Shown here: positions 51,730 through 61,528 of the stretch, piece by piece
Numbering within the stretch: the stretch's first letter is position 1
Layout: each line of letters starts with the position of its first letter
Source of the DNA: Candidatus Latescibacterota bacterium
GTDB taxonomy: Bacteria; Latescibacterota; UBA2968; GCA-2709665
Reading direction: 5' to 3'
NCBI GenBank assembly: GCA_965222075.1
Contig: OZ244937.1
Span: 736,001-800,000 of the forward strand
DNA: 64,000 nt
Notes under the pieces: model-generated
The model's input: the letters and a program-made list of their open reading frames with translations, nothing else
Databases searched by the model: none
Told to the model about the DNA's origin: nothing
Made by a program: the position numbers and the translations under genes

Positions 51730-53346
51730 ATGTTTAGACGTATTCGCAGTGTGTTTGTGTTGCTGCTTGCCGGAGGCGTGACGTGGAGCTGCAGCGGTGA
51801 GCGTGTGACGACGTCACCGGTAACGGATGCAGGCCTGCCTGTTGGGGGGCCGCTGAGTAAACCGGCTGTAAGCAGGGACTTGACACAGGCTTTGGTGGTG
51901 GCCAGGGTGCACCAGGATCAGGTGCCTGTGAGTGATGTAACCGTGGAACTCTCGCGTTCTGTTTCAGGACGGGCAGCGAATTATGAGTGGTCGGGCACAA
52001 CCGATGAGAATGGTGAGGCGAGGGTGGAGATTGAGGGGGATGATGTGAGTGGTTATTATCAGGCGCGCGCCATGCAGGAGGGGAGCCTGCTGGGGATGTG
52101 GTCAAGTATTCCGGTTAACGGTGGGTATGAGTTGATGGTTGATTTGCCCGTTGGTGGGAAGGCGCGTGTGACGGGTTCATCCATGCGGGCCTTAGTCACG
52201 ATTGGCGAAGGTGAGGCCGTGCAGATCCGTTCGGTGCTCGCGCACATCGTCGTGCCGTCGGTTGCGGCGTGGTCGCGGTACAGCATCGAGTTAGCTATCC
52301 AGGACTTCGGCAGCATCCACGGTCACGAGGTCGAACTCGGCGAACCAATAGACGGCATGTGTTCGCCAGAGGGCGGACGCACAAGTGCCGAGCAGGTCAT
52401 CGCCGACCCACAGGTAGTCGGCATCATCGGCACATTGTGTTCTGGCTCAGCAGTGGAGGCCTCACCGCTGCTCAGCGAGGCAGGGCTGGTGATGATCTCG
52501 CCAGCCAACACGTCGCCTGTGCTCACCTCCGACCTCGCCGGCAACGCGAGTCCCAACTACCACCCCGGCTATTTCCGCACGACTAACAACGACCTCTATC
52601 AGGGGCAAGCGGTCGCCGACTTCGCATACAATGAATTGGGCCTGCGGCGCATGGTGTCCATAGACGATGGCGACCCGTACACCATGGGCCTCACCGTCGC
52701 GTTTGGCAATGCGTTCCGCGCCCTTGGCGGCGAGGTCGCGGTCACCGCCCGGATCGAGAAGGGGACCACGGACATGACATCCGTCCTCGCGGAATTCGCG
52801 GCAGCCGAGCCGGACGGCATCTTCTTCCCGCTCTTCATCGCAGAAGGCTCGCCATTTGCCGAGCAGGTGAGGGAGGTCGATGGCCTAAAAGACGCGACAC
52901 TCATCACGGACGCGGCTCTCCTCTTGGCGGAATTCCTCGGCACACCGCAGTCTGAGGGCATCTACTTTGCAGGGCCGGAGCCGGTGCAGGGCGCAAACGT
53001 CAATGTTGCCACCGGCAAAAACGGAGATGCGATTCTCGCCGAGATCGAATCTATTTACGGCGGGTCTCATACCTCTCCTTTCTGGGCGCACGCATACGAC
53101 GCCACGACGCTGTTGCTCAGTGCCATCAACTCCGTTGCGGTGGCGGATGGCGGAAAGTTGTACATAGACCGCGCCGCGCTGCGCCAGGAGATCGCGGCGA
53201 CGGACGGCTTCCAGGGTCTCCTCGGCACGCTCTCCTGTGACGATTTCGGCGACTGCGGCACCGGGCGCGTAAGCATCTACCACCACACGGACCTGAGCAT
53301 CATAGACCCCGCGCAATTGCCGGTGGTCTATCGGTTCCCGCTGTGA
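51730..53346 (+). CDS. LivK-type solute-binding lipoprotein with the same N-terminal module (copy B)
   Basis: TWSC; IGTLCS, MISPANT, YFRT..ND, AYDA. Confidence 0.85.
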   Translation: MFRRIRSVFVLLLAGGVTWSCSGERVTTSPVTDAGLPVGGPLSKPAVSRDLTQALVVARVHQDQVPVSDVTVELSRSVSGRAANYEWSGTTDENGEARVEIEGDDVSGYYQARAMQEGSLLGMWSSIPVNGGYELMVDLPVGGKARVTGSSMRALVTIGEGEAVQIRSVLAHIVVPSVAAWSRYSIELAIQDFGSIHGHEVELGEPIDGMCSPEGGRTSAEQVIADPQVVGIIGTLCSGSAVEASPLLSEAGLVMISPANTSPVLTSDLAGNASPNYHPGYFRTTNNDLYQGQAVADFAYNELGLRRMVSIDDGDPYTMGLTVAFGNAFRALGGEVAVTARIEKGTTDMTSVLAEFAAAEPDGIFFPLFIAEGSPFAEQVREVDGLKDATLITDAALLLAEFLGTPQSEGIYFAGPEPVQGANVNVATGKNGDAILAEIESIYGGSHTSPFWAHAYDATTLLLSAINSVAVADGGKLYIDRAALRQEIAATDGFQGLLGTLSCDDFGDCGTGRVSIYHHTDLSIIDPAQLPVVYRFPL

Positions 53347-53380
53347 AGCCCTAACTTGCCGCTCTAATGGCAAGGTCCCC

Positions 53381-53403
53381 AGGGCGATCCTTGTGGTCGC
53401 CCC
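53381..53403. repeat. REP-like palindrome
   Basis: AGGGCGATCCTTGTGGTCGCCCC. Confidence 0.5.
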
Positions 53404-53538
53404 TTTGGCTTACCGACGAGTATCCCCGGCCGGTGCAGGATTTCGGTTGATCCGGAGGACCGGTTTTGGTAATTTTCATACAGTTGGTGTCGGCCCTGAT
53501 GGATAAGATGGTCGTTTCCAAAATTAAGGAGGCTCGCT

Positions 53539-55155
53539 ATGTTTAGACGTATTCGCAGTGTGTTTGTGTTGCTGCTTGCCGGAGGCGTGACGTGGAGCTG
53601 CAGCGGTGAGCGTGTGACGACGTCACCGGTAACGGATGCAGGCCTGCCTGTCGGGGGGCCGCTGAGTAAACCGGCTGTAAGCAGGGACTTGACACAGGCT
53701 TTGGTGGTGGCCAGGGTGCACCAGGATCAGGTGCCTGTGAGTGATGTAACCGTGGAACTCTCGCGTTCTGTTTCAGGACGGGCAGCGAATTATGAGTGGT
53801 CGGGCACAACCGATGAGAATGGTGAGGCGAGGGTGGAGATTGAGGGGGACAATGTGAGTGGTTATTATCAGGCGCGCGCCATGCAAGAGGGGAGCATGCT
53901 GGGTTCGTGGTCGAGTATTCCGATTAACGGTGGGTATGCGCTGGTGGTTGATTTGCCCGTTGGTGGGAAGGCACGTGTGACGGGTTCATTCATGCTGCCC
54001 TTAGTCACGATTGGCGAAGGTGAGGCCGTGCAGATCCGTTCGTTGCTCTCGCACACCGTCGTGCCGGGGCTTGCTGAGGGGTCGCGGTACAGCATCGAGT
54101 TAGCTGTCCGAGACTTCGGCAACATCCACGGTCACGAGGTCGAGCTCGGCGCGCCAATAGACGCCATGTGTTCGGCAGAAGGCGGACGTATGGGTGCCGA
54201 GATGATCATCGCCGACCCGCAGATAGTCGGCGTCATTGGCACGTCCTGCTCGGGTGCGGCCGTGGCGGCCTCGCCGCTGCTCAGCGAGGCGGGGCTGGTG
54301 ATGATCTCGCCGTCCAACACCTCGCCTGCGCTCACCTCCGACCTCGTCGGCAACGTGAGTCCCAACTACCACCCCGGCTATTTCCGCACCTCCAACAACG
54401 ACCTCTATGAGGCGAACGCGGTAGCCAATTTCGCCTACGGTGAACTGGGCCTGCGGCGTATGGTGACCATAGACGATGGCGACCCGTACACCATGGGCCT
54501 CACTGTCGCGTTTGGCAATGCGTTCCGCGCTCTTGGCGGCGAGGTCGCGGTCGCTGCCAGGATTGAGAAGGGGGTCACGGACATGACGGCCGTCCTGGAA
54601 GAGTTCGCGGCAGCCGAGCCGGACGGCATCTTCTTCCCGATCTTCGACCTGGAAGGCGCGCCCTTCGCCGAGCAGGCGAGGGAATTCGACGGCCTAAAAG
54701 ACGCGACACTCATCACGAGTTCGGCCCTCCTCTTGACGGAGTTCCTCGCCATGCCGCAGTCGGAGGGCATCTACTTTGCCGGCCCGGAGCCGGTGCAGGG
54801 CGCAAACGTCAATGTTGCCACCGGCAAGAGCGCGGACGAGGTGCTCGCCGCATTTGCAGCCACGTACGGCGGGTCTCCGAACACGCCTTACTGGGTGCAT
54901 TCCTACGATGCCGCGACGCTGCTGCTCAGTGCCATCGAGTCTGTTGGGGAGGTGAAGGACGGCAAGTTGTACATAGAGCGCGCCGCCCTGCGCCAGGAGA
55001 TCGCGGCGACGGACGGCTTCCAGGGTCTCCTCGGCACGCTCTTCTGCGACGATTTCGGAGACTGCGGCACCGGACGCATCAACATCTACCACCATACGGA
55101 CCCGGACATCACGGACCCGGCGCAGTTGCCGGTGGTCTATCGGTTCCCGCTGTGA
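53539..55155 (+). CDS. LivK-type solute-binding lipoprotein (copy C, tandem duplicate of B)
   Basis: Same length as B (538 aa); near-identical ends, including the UTR AATTAAGGAGGCTCGCT and 3' TGAAGCCCTAACTT. Confidence 0.85.
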   Translation: MFRRIRSVFVLLLAGGVTWSCSGERVTTSPVTDAGLPVGGPLSKPAVSRDLTQALVVARVHQDQVPVSDVTVELSRSVSGRAANYEWSGTTDENGEARVEIEGDNVSGYYQARAMQEGSMLGSWSSIPINGGYALVVDLPVGGKARVTGSFMLPLVTIGEGEAVQIRSLLSHTVVPGLAEGSRYSIELAVRDFGNIHGHEVELGAPIDAMCSAEGGRMGAEMIIADPQIVGVIGTSCSGAAVAASPLLSEAGLVMISPSNTSPALTSDLVGNVSPNYHPGYFRTSNNDLYEANAVANFAYGELGLRRMVTIDDGDPYTMGLTVAFGNAFRALGGEVAVAARIEKGVTDMTAVLEEFAAAEPDGIFFPIFDLEGAPFAEQAREFDGLKDATLITSSALLLTEFLAMPQSEGIYFAGPEPVQGANVNVATGKSADEVLAAFAATYGGSPNTPYWVHSYDAATLLLSAIESVGEVKDGKLYIERAALRQEIAATDGFQGLLGTLFCDDFGDCGTGRINIYHHTDPDITDPAQLPVVYRFPL

Positions 55156-55197
55156 AGCCCTAACTTTCACGATGATCCTGTTGGGGATCGAGTCATT

Positions 55198-58100
55198 GTG
55201 ATCCGAATGCTTGTCCTTAAGGGTGTGGTCCTGGCACTTGCTGCGGGTGAGTGCCTGGCTGTGCGGCCCTACGAGCCGATGCAGCCCGATCCGGTTCTGG
55301 AGTCCTGGCGCTGGCGGTCCTTCCCGGAGCTGAAAGGGCTGGGGCTCCAGTGCATGGTCGAAGACCGGTATGGGAACATGTGGTTCGGTACGGATGGGGG
55401 GGTGCGGCGCTATGACGGGCTGAACTGGAAGGTCTATACGCCGGAGGATGGTCTTTTGGGCGCGCCGGTGTGGACGCTTTGCGCAGCGCGGGACAGCAGC
55501 GTATATGCGGGCACGGAGATGGGGATCAGCCGGTTCAGGGAAGGGGTCTGGCGTCGTGTTTTCCCTCCGGAGGGCGATTTGTTCTGGTATGTGCTTGATT
55601 TGATGGAGGCGTCCGATGGGAGCCTGTGGGCGGGCACGGAATGGGGTGCGCTGCATCTGAGTGCCAGGGGCGCTACGCTTTACACGAATGAGGAGATCGG
55701 CGCTGCGGTCCGGATGCTTGCGCCCTATGTGCGGGTCTCCATCGTGCCGGATCGGGTGGCGCCGGTCTATCCCTGGACCAAAGAGATTCCCATCGGTATC
55801 CGGATAACGAATCAGGGGATCATCTGGGCGCTGGCTTCCGGGGGGCCGGAAGCGGCGGCGGGTCTGAAGGCCGGAGACCGCATCACGGCCGTGGATGGAG
55901 CGCCTGGGGTGACGCAGGGCCGACTGAACGGGCCTGTGGGCAGTCAGGTGAGGTTGACCGTGCAGCGGGAGGGGCGTTCCGGTCCCTTCGAGGTGAGTTT
56001 CACGCGGGGGCCGGTGGAAGGGACCTACCGCCGCTTCAAGTTTGCCGATGTTTTCGAAGACCGGGACGGGGCTATGTGGTTCGGTCTGCTAAGGGGTGAG
56101 ATTGTCCGCTACGATGCCCGCGGAACCGGGCCTGACGATCCGGCGGCGTGGCGGCTCTACACGGAACAGGACGGTTTGGATACCGGCAATCACCCCCGTA
56201 TTGCCCAGACCCGGGATGGGACGATCTGGACGGTCTCGGACAACAGCCGGAAGGGGGTGAACCGGTTCGATGGGAAGACCTGGGCGCGCTTCCGGCTGCA
56301 GGATCTGGGAGGGTATGACCACAGTACTTCTATTTTGGAGACGGGGGACGGGACGCTCTGGGTCGGCGGAAAGTTCGCCCTTCACGCCCTTCGGGATGGA
56401 AAATGGCACGTGTACCGGTCCGGGGAGGTGCCGGTTCCTTCCCATCGCGTCCGCCTCCTGGAGGCGTCCGACGGGGCGCTGTGGGTGGCGGGTCTGGGCC
56501 AGGAGGCGGTGCGGCTGGACTACAGGACAGGCCGGTGGATGAGCTACAAGGGGCTGTACTTTCAGTGTGAGACGCCGGATGGGTCGCAGTGGTTTGTGGC
56601 CCGGGATACCAGCGGTATGTGCAGCGTCGTGCGCCGCGCCCCTTCGGCAGGCTCGGGGCAAGGCGGAGGGCGGTGGACGCGCTATGGCGTGGAGGACGGG
56701 CTGATGGATTTCCCCCGCAGGCTTATCGCAACCCGACAGGGCGCGCTCTGGGCTGCGGGGAGTCACCAAAACACAGCGGCTACGGCCCGGTTCAACGGGA
56801 AGGGGTGGTCTCTAAAGGTGCATCCCCGGCTCTCCTGGTCGATCAATACGAGGGGGGTCTACGAGTCTCCGGACGGCGCGCTCTGGTTTGGGGCGGATAT
56901 TCCCTGGAATAGGGAGCACCGCTTTGGCCTGCTCCGCTTTGAGGGGAGACGGTCCGGTGAACCGGGGACCTGGACGCACTATGCCCCACCCGGGGCGCCT
57001 ATTATGGCTTACGGCATTGGACAGACTGCCGATGGCACGATCTGGGCGGGGGGATATGACCTGGCCCGGTTCGATGGACGTTCCTGGACGTTGCTCAAGG
57101 AACCGAAAGCGCTGACCGTACCCTTCATCAACGTGGTGTATGCCACTGCAAAGGGAGACCTTTGGGTGGGGCACCGGTCCTATGGTATTTTTCACTACAA
57201 TGGGCAGGCATGGACCCGCTACGACGTGCGGAACGGGCTGGCGGACAACGCCATCGGAAGCATTCTCCGGACGGTTGACGGCAGCGTCTGGGCCGGAACG
57301 GAAAAGGGGATCAGCCGTTTCGACGGGCGGTCCTGGACGACGCATGCCGTTTCTCCGGACCTGCATCTGGACCGGGCCGGATCGCTCCGGCAGTCCCGGG
57401 ACGGGGCGCTGTGGATCAATACCATGTTTAAGAAGGAAAGCAGGTGGGTGTGGCACACAATCCGCTATCGGCCCGATACCGATCCTCCGGAGACGGAGAT
57501 TACCCTGTTTTTGCGTGAGGTCTCCCAGCCGGGCAATACCCCCCTGGCCTGGACGGGCGCAGATCCCTGGCGTATCACCCCGGAAGAGGACCTCCAGTAT
57601 GCCTGGCGCCTGGATGGGGGTGAATGGTCTGCGTTCTCTGCCGAGCGGAGCCGCATCTTCCAGACCCTGGCCAGCGGGGCGCACACTTTCGAGGTGAAGG
57701 CGCGGGACCAGGATTTCAACGAGGATGCCACGCCGGCGGTTATGCAATTTACGGTGGTTCCCGTGGTCTGGCGGCAGCCCTGGTTTATCGCGATGGTCGT
57801 GGTCTTTGTGGGGACCGTGACGCTCCAGGCTTCCCGCATTGTGGTGCGGGACCGGAAGCTCAAACAGGCCAATACGGCGCTTCGGGACGCCAACGATGCT
57901 CTGAAACAGGAGATGGCGGAACGGGCCAGGCTGGATGCCCAGCTTGAGCACATGCGCTACCTCCACCGCCTGCGCGCGGCCCTGGAGCCGGCGCGGTCCG
58001 CCGAGGCGGTGATCCGCAACGCCGGGGGGATCATGGTGGAGGTCCTGGAGGGGGCGACATCGGCCGGCGTGCTGATCGAACACGATGGCCGGGAATGGCG

Positions 58101-59034
58101 GTTCGGGCAGGAGGGCGCGCAGGGCCGGGTGCACTACAAACGGCCGATTGCCTGGGGAGCGAAAGAGCGGGGGCGGTTGCACCTGTTCAGCAGCGTGGCG
58201 CTATCCCAGTCCCAGGAAGGGGCGCTGTTGGACGAGACGGCCGGACAGATTGCCCGGGCGCTGGAGGCCCGAGAGCTGGAGATGCAGATTCTCCAGTCCG
58301 CCCGGCTGGTCTCGCTGGGGCAGATGGCCGCCGGGGTGGCCCACGAGCTCAAACAGCCGCTGACGGTTATCGAGACCACGGCGGGGGATGTCTGTTCCCG
58401 CCTGATGGAGGGTCTGGACCTGCCGCCTGAAGACCTGAGGGAAATGATGCAGAAGGTCCGGAAGGTTGTTGAGCGCATGGCCGGTACGGTCGATCACATG
58501 CGCGTCTTTTCCCGGGACGTGTCCGAGGAACCGCGCAGGGCGTTCTCCCTCAACGAGATCATCCACAACAGCCTGAGGATAATCGGCGCCCAGCTCAAGA
58601 ACCACGGCATTGAACTCACCCTGGACCTGGCCGGGGATCTGCCTTTGGTGTGGGGCCACCCGTACCCGATGGAGCAGGTGTTCATGAATCTGCTGGGCAA
58701 CGCCCGGGACGCCCTGGATGAACGGGCACGGCAGGATGCCGGCGGAAACGGCGCGTTTGAGAAGCGCGTGGCCGTCCGGACGCGGTGCGAAACATACGGC
58801 ATCCGGTGGGTGGTCGTCCAGGTGGAGGACAACGGCATCGGGATGGAGGTGGCGGACCGGGAGCGGATTTTCGAGCCTTTCTTCACGACCAAGGAGGCGG
58901 ACCAGGGCACGGGGCTGGGGTTGTCGATCTCGTATGCGATCGTGCAGAACCACCACGGGCGGATCTCCTGCGAGAGCAGCAAAGGGAAGGGTACGATCTT
59001 CCGGGTGGTTCTGCCGGTGTCGGAGGGGAAGTGA
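55198..59034 (+). CDS. Sensor histidine kinase: beta-propeller repeats, PDZ insert, Y_Y_Y domain, TM, HisKA, HATPase
   Basis: Repeated DG.lW.GT..G; AGLKAGDRITAVDG PDZ; QYAWRLDG.EW..HTFEVKARD; GVAHELKQP; DNGIG, GTGLGL. Confidence 0.9.
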   Translation: MIRMLVLKGVVLALAAGECLAVRPYEPMQPDPVLESWRWRSFPELKGLGLQCMVEDRYGNMWFGTDGGVRRYDGLNWKVYTPEDGLLGAPVWTLCAARDSSVYAGTEMGISRFREGVWRRVFPPEGDLFWYVLDLMEASDGSLWAGTEWGALHLSARGATLYTNEEIGAAVRMLAPYVRVSIVPDRVAPVYPWTKEIPIGIRITNQGIIWALASGGPEAAAGLKAGDRITAVDGAPGVTQGRLNGPVGSQVRLTVQREGRSGPFEVSFTRGPVEGTYRRFKFADVFEDRDGAMWFGLLRGEIVRYDARGTGPDDPAAWRLYTEQDGLDTGNHPRIAQTRDGTIWTVSDNSRKGVNRFDGKTWARFRLQDLGGYDHSTSILETGDGTLWVGGKFALHALRDGKWHVYRSGEVPVPSHRVRLLEASDGALWVAGLGQEAVRLDYRTGRWMSYKGLYFQCETPDGSQWFVARDTSGMCSVVRRAPSAGSGQGGGRWTRYGVEDGLMDFPRRLIATRQGALWAAGSHQNTAATARFNGKGWSLKVHPRLSWSINTRGVYESPDGALWFGADIPWNREHRFGLLRFEGRRSGEPGTWTHYAPPGAPIMAYGIGQTADGTIWAGGYDLARFDGRSWTLLKEPKALTVPFINVVYATAKGDLWVGHRSYGIFHYNGQAWTRYDVRNGLADNAIGSILRTVDGSVWAGTEKGISRFDGRSWTTHAVSPDLHLDRAGSLRQSRDGALWINTMFKKESRWVWHTIRYRPDTDPPETEITLFLREVSQPGNTPLAWTGADPWRITPEEDLQYAWRLDGGEWSAFSAERSRIFQTLASGAHTFEVKARDQDFNEDATPAVMQFTVVPVVWRQPWFIAMVVVFVGTVTLQASRIVVRDRKLKQANTALRDANDALKQEMAERARLDAQLEHMRYLHRLRAALEPARSAEAVIRNAGGIMVEVLEGATSAGVLIEHDGREWRFGQEGAQGRVHYKRPIAWGAKERGRLHLFSSVALSQSQEGALLDETAGQIARALEARELEMQILQSARLVSLGQMAAGVAHELKQPLTVIETTAGDVCSRLMEGLDLPPEDLREMMQKVRKVVERMAGTVDHMRVFSRDVSEEPRRAFSLNEIIHNSLRIIGAQLKNHGIELTLDLAGDLPLVWGHPYPMEQVFMNLLGNARDALDERARQDAGGNGAFEKRVAVRTRCETYGIRWVVVQVEDNGIGMEVADRERIFEPFFTTKEADQGTGLGLSISYAIVQNHHGRISCESSKGKGTIFRVVLPVSEGK

Positions 59035-59215
59035 CACTGATTCAGATCCCATTTCTCTCGAAAAGACTCTGTGCCGAATACGGAATTTGAACTGGTGAGG
59101 GGATCAGCATTCTGACCCTGTGGTTCCTGTTCTACATCCTCTCTACATCCTCCCGGCTTTCGGCCTCCGGTCTTCGCCTCGCGTTTTATCCTTCCGAACG
59201 ATTCCGCTGACACAA

Positions 59216-59280
59216 CTGTTCAATTCTGGCCCACCTGCTGTTCAATTCTGGCCCACCTGCTGTTCAATTCTGGTGCACCT
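59216..59280 (+). repeat. Three tandem 22-bp repeats
   Basis: CTGTTCAATTCTGGCCCACCTG twice, then CTGTTCAATTCTGGTGCACCT. Confidence 0.95.
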
Positions 59281-59310
59281 CTCTTTTGTTATGTTTTCGA
59301 TGCATGTTTC

Positions 59311-59370
59311 AAAAGGGATTGATTTTAAACGAAATAGAACATTATCGTGTGTATTGGCAAGGAATTTGCC
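59311..59370 (+). promoter_or_regulatory. IHF-like site and sigma54 promoter
   Basis: AATCAATCCCTTT on the minus strand near 59311-59323; TGGCAA-GGAAT-TTGCC at 59355-59370. Confidence 0.7.
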
Positions 59371-59383
59371 CCTCTGTATGCGT

Positions 59384-60289
59384 ATGAACAGCACACGCCC
59401 ATCATCGCCACGCCTGTCCAGGGCCCTTTCGACCGACGAACCGTATGCCTTACAGACGGTAGGCCGCCAGGCGGAACTCCGAAAGCTGCAGGAAAATTTG
59501 AACAAGGGGATAGACTCCCTGCTGGTCGGACCGGTCGGGGTGGGGAAGAGCCACCTGCTGGGCCTGCTGGAGGGGGACAGAATCATCCGCGTGAAGGGCC
59601 TGGGGCCCGTGCGGCAGGCCATTATTGAGATTGCCGAAGCACTGCACAACGCAGGGGTGTTCCAGCCTGACGCGGGAGATTTCGAAGCGGTCAAAAAGCA
59701 GCATACACGGACCAGCGTCCAGGGCTGGACGCAGATGGTGCTTGACTCCGTGAAACACAACGCCTGGGTACTCATTGTGGACGATCTGTCGGATCTGACC
59801 GCGTCCATGGCCCGGCTCATCCACAGGCTCAACAAAAAGTTCGTGATCATCGCCGCGCTGCACGAGGTGAAGGCGAGTCACGAGAAGTACTTCTGGAAGT
59901 TCGACCGGGTGGAGCTTGCCAACCTGCCGCCGCCGGACGCCAGGCAGCTCATCCGGCAGTGCGCGGCCGGGGCGGATGTCGAAGATCTCCGGATGTTGCA
60001 GACCTATGTGCTGCACAAAAGTGCAGGCAACCCCCGCGCGATCGTGGAGATCGTGGGCCGGCTGCGCAAAGAATCCGTGATTACCAGATCAGCCGTTCGA
60101 GATGTGGTCCACACCGGGGCGCGGCCCCGGATCGACCTGACGCCGGGGCTGATCGTTGTGGCGATGGTCCTGCTCGCCGCCCGGTTTATCGCCCGGGGCA
60201 CAGGCAGCGTGGACGGATACGTGATCGCGGGGGTAGGCAGCGCCTTTGTCATGGGCATCCGGTTCTTCCTCTACCGCTTCCGGAGGTGA
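59384..60289 (+). CDS. P-loop AAA-type ATPase with two C-terminal TM helices; start uncertain
   Basis: VGRQAEL, Walker A GPVGVGKS, Walker B LIVDD, AGNPRA; hydrophobic tail. Confidence 0.8.
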   Translation: MNSTRPSSPRLSRALSTDEPYALQTVGRQAELRKLQENLNKGIDSLLVGPVGVGKSHLLGLLEGDRIIRVKGLGPVRQAIIEIAEALHNAGVFQPDAGDFEAVKKQHTRTSVQGWTQMVLDSVKHNAWVLIVDDLSDLTASMARLIHRLNKKFVIIAALHEVKASHEKYFWKFDRVELANLPPPDARQLIRQCAAGADVEDLRMLQTYVLHKSAGNPRAIVEIVGRLRKESVITRSAVRDVVHTGARPRIDLTPGLIVVAMVLLAARFIARGTGSVDGYVIAGVGSAFVMGIRFFLYRFRR

Positions 60290-60298
60290 TCGTCCGGG

Positions 60299-61528
60299 GT
60301 GGGCATCCGTAATCTCTTCTTTATGACTGCTTCTACTCACATCGCCTTCGGCCTGCTGTCCGCTGCGGGCGCCTTTTCTCTGACCTCGGTCCCCTTGCAT
60401 CAGGATGTGTCGGCGGTTGGAGGCGCCATCCTGGGCAGCCTGCTGCCGGATATCGACTCTCCGAAGAGTTCCATCGGTCGGATGCTGCCCTTTGTGTCGG
60501 CGCCTATCGAGCAGAGGTGGGGGCACCGGGCGGTAACCCACTCCCTCCTGGCCCTTCTGGCCCTGGGCCTGGTCACGCTGCCACTGTTTTTTTATTGGGG
60601 GTCCTGCTTTACCGCCCTTCTGACCGGCTACGCAAGCCACTTATTCGCCGATTGCGCCACCAAAAGCGGGGTGCCCCTTTTCTATCCCAACCCGGCCGTG
60701 TGCGTGTTTCCTGCCAACGACCGCTACCGCATCCGTACGGGGTCGCTGGTCGGTGAGGGGCTGGTGCTGGTCTTGCTGTTGATCCTGCTGGCGGTGTCGA
60801 TGCCGGTGCTGCGGGTGGGAGGCATCTGGCGGGCGGTGCGCTACCTGATCGCCTCGCAGAGGACGGCCTATGCGGACTACCGGGAGGCGGCCTCGGAGGC
60901 GGTGCTGAGCTTCGAGGGCCGGTGGCGGGAGTCAAGGCGGCCGGTCCGGGGAGAGGCGCTGATCCTGGACGCCACCTCAGGGAGATTGCTGATTGCCTTT
61001 GAGGGCCGGGTCCTGACCGTGGGAGAAGAGGGGGATATCCTGTCGGACAAGTCGCGGGTGCGAGAGACGGGCCGGCCCATCCGGCTGAGTAGCCTGAGGG
61101 TGCGTGGCAAGACCTTTGAGGAGATCCTGGCGCAGGTCCCGGAGGGGGCGTTTGTATCGGGACGTCTGGAGGGGGATGCATCCGTTCACCTGAGCGGCCG
61201 AAAAGAGGTCTTCCAGGCCCGGCACGTCTGCGTCCGGGCATCCGGAAGGACGCTGGAACTCACGTTTGTACCCCGATCAGCGCTGGCCCGCCTGGCCCCG
61301 AGGCGGCAGGTGGATGCGGGCCGGATCACTGAGCTCCGGGCGCAGATCGGGGGGCTGGCCTCGGCTCTGCAGGCGATGCAGCTCAAGCGCCCTCCGGTGC
61401 ACTATCTGAAGCTCCGGGAGACCCGGGAGGAACTCGAGGCCGGGCAAAGAGAGCTGGCCGGGCTGAGGGAGCCGACTGTACGCTTTACCGGGTTGCTGTC
61501 TCTGCGGATTCCGGGAGGGGTAAAATGA
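60299..61528 (+). CDS. YdjM-family membrane metal-dependent hydrolase with a long extracytoplasmic C-terminal extension
   Basis: TH..FG, GSLLPDID, GHRAVTHS, GYASHLFAD..T.SGV. Confidence 0.85.
   Translation: MGIRNLFFMTASTHIAFGLLSAAGAFSLTSVPLHQDVSAVGGAILGSLLPDIDSPKSSIGRMLPFVSAPIEQRWGHRAVTHSLLALLALGLVTLPLFFYWGSCFTALLTGYASHLFADCATKSGVPLFYPNPAVCVFPANDRYRIRTGSLVGEGLVLVLLLILLAVSMPVLRVGGIWRAVRYLIASQRTAYADYREAASEAVLSFEGRWRESRRPVRGEALILDATSGRLLIAFEGRVLTVGEEGDILSDKSRVRETGRPIRLSSLRVRGKTFEEILAQVPEGAFVSGRLEGDASVHLSGRKEVFQARHVCVRASGRTLELTFVPRSALARLAPRRQVDAGRITELRAQIGGLASALQAMQLKRPPVHYLKLRETREELEAGQRELAGLREPTVRFTGLLSLRIPGGVK

Noticed and set aside
50080-55170. Diversity-generating retroelement behind the SBP variants
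   Set aside because: No reverse transcriptase; differences are spread along the genes and are not adenine-specific
59216-59280. CRISPR array
   Set aside because: The repeats are contiguous with no spacers, and there are no cas genes
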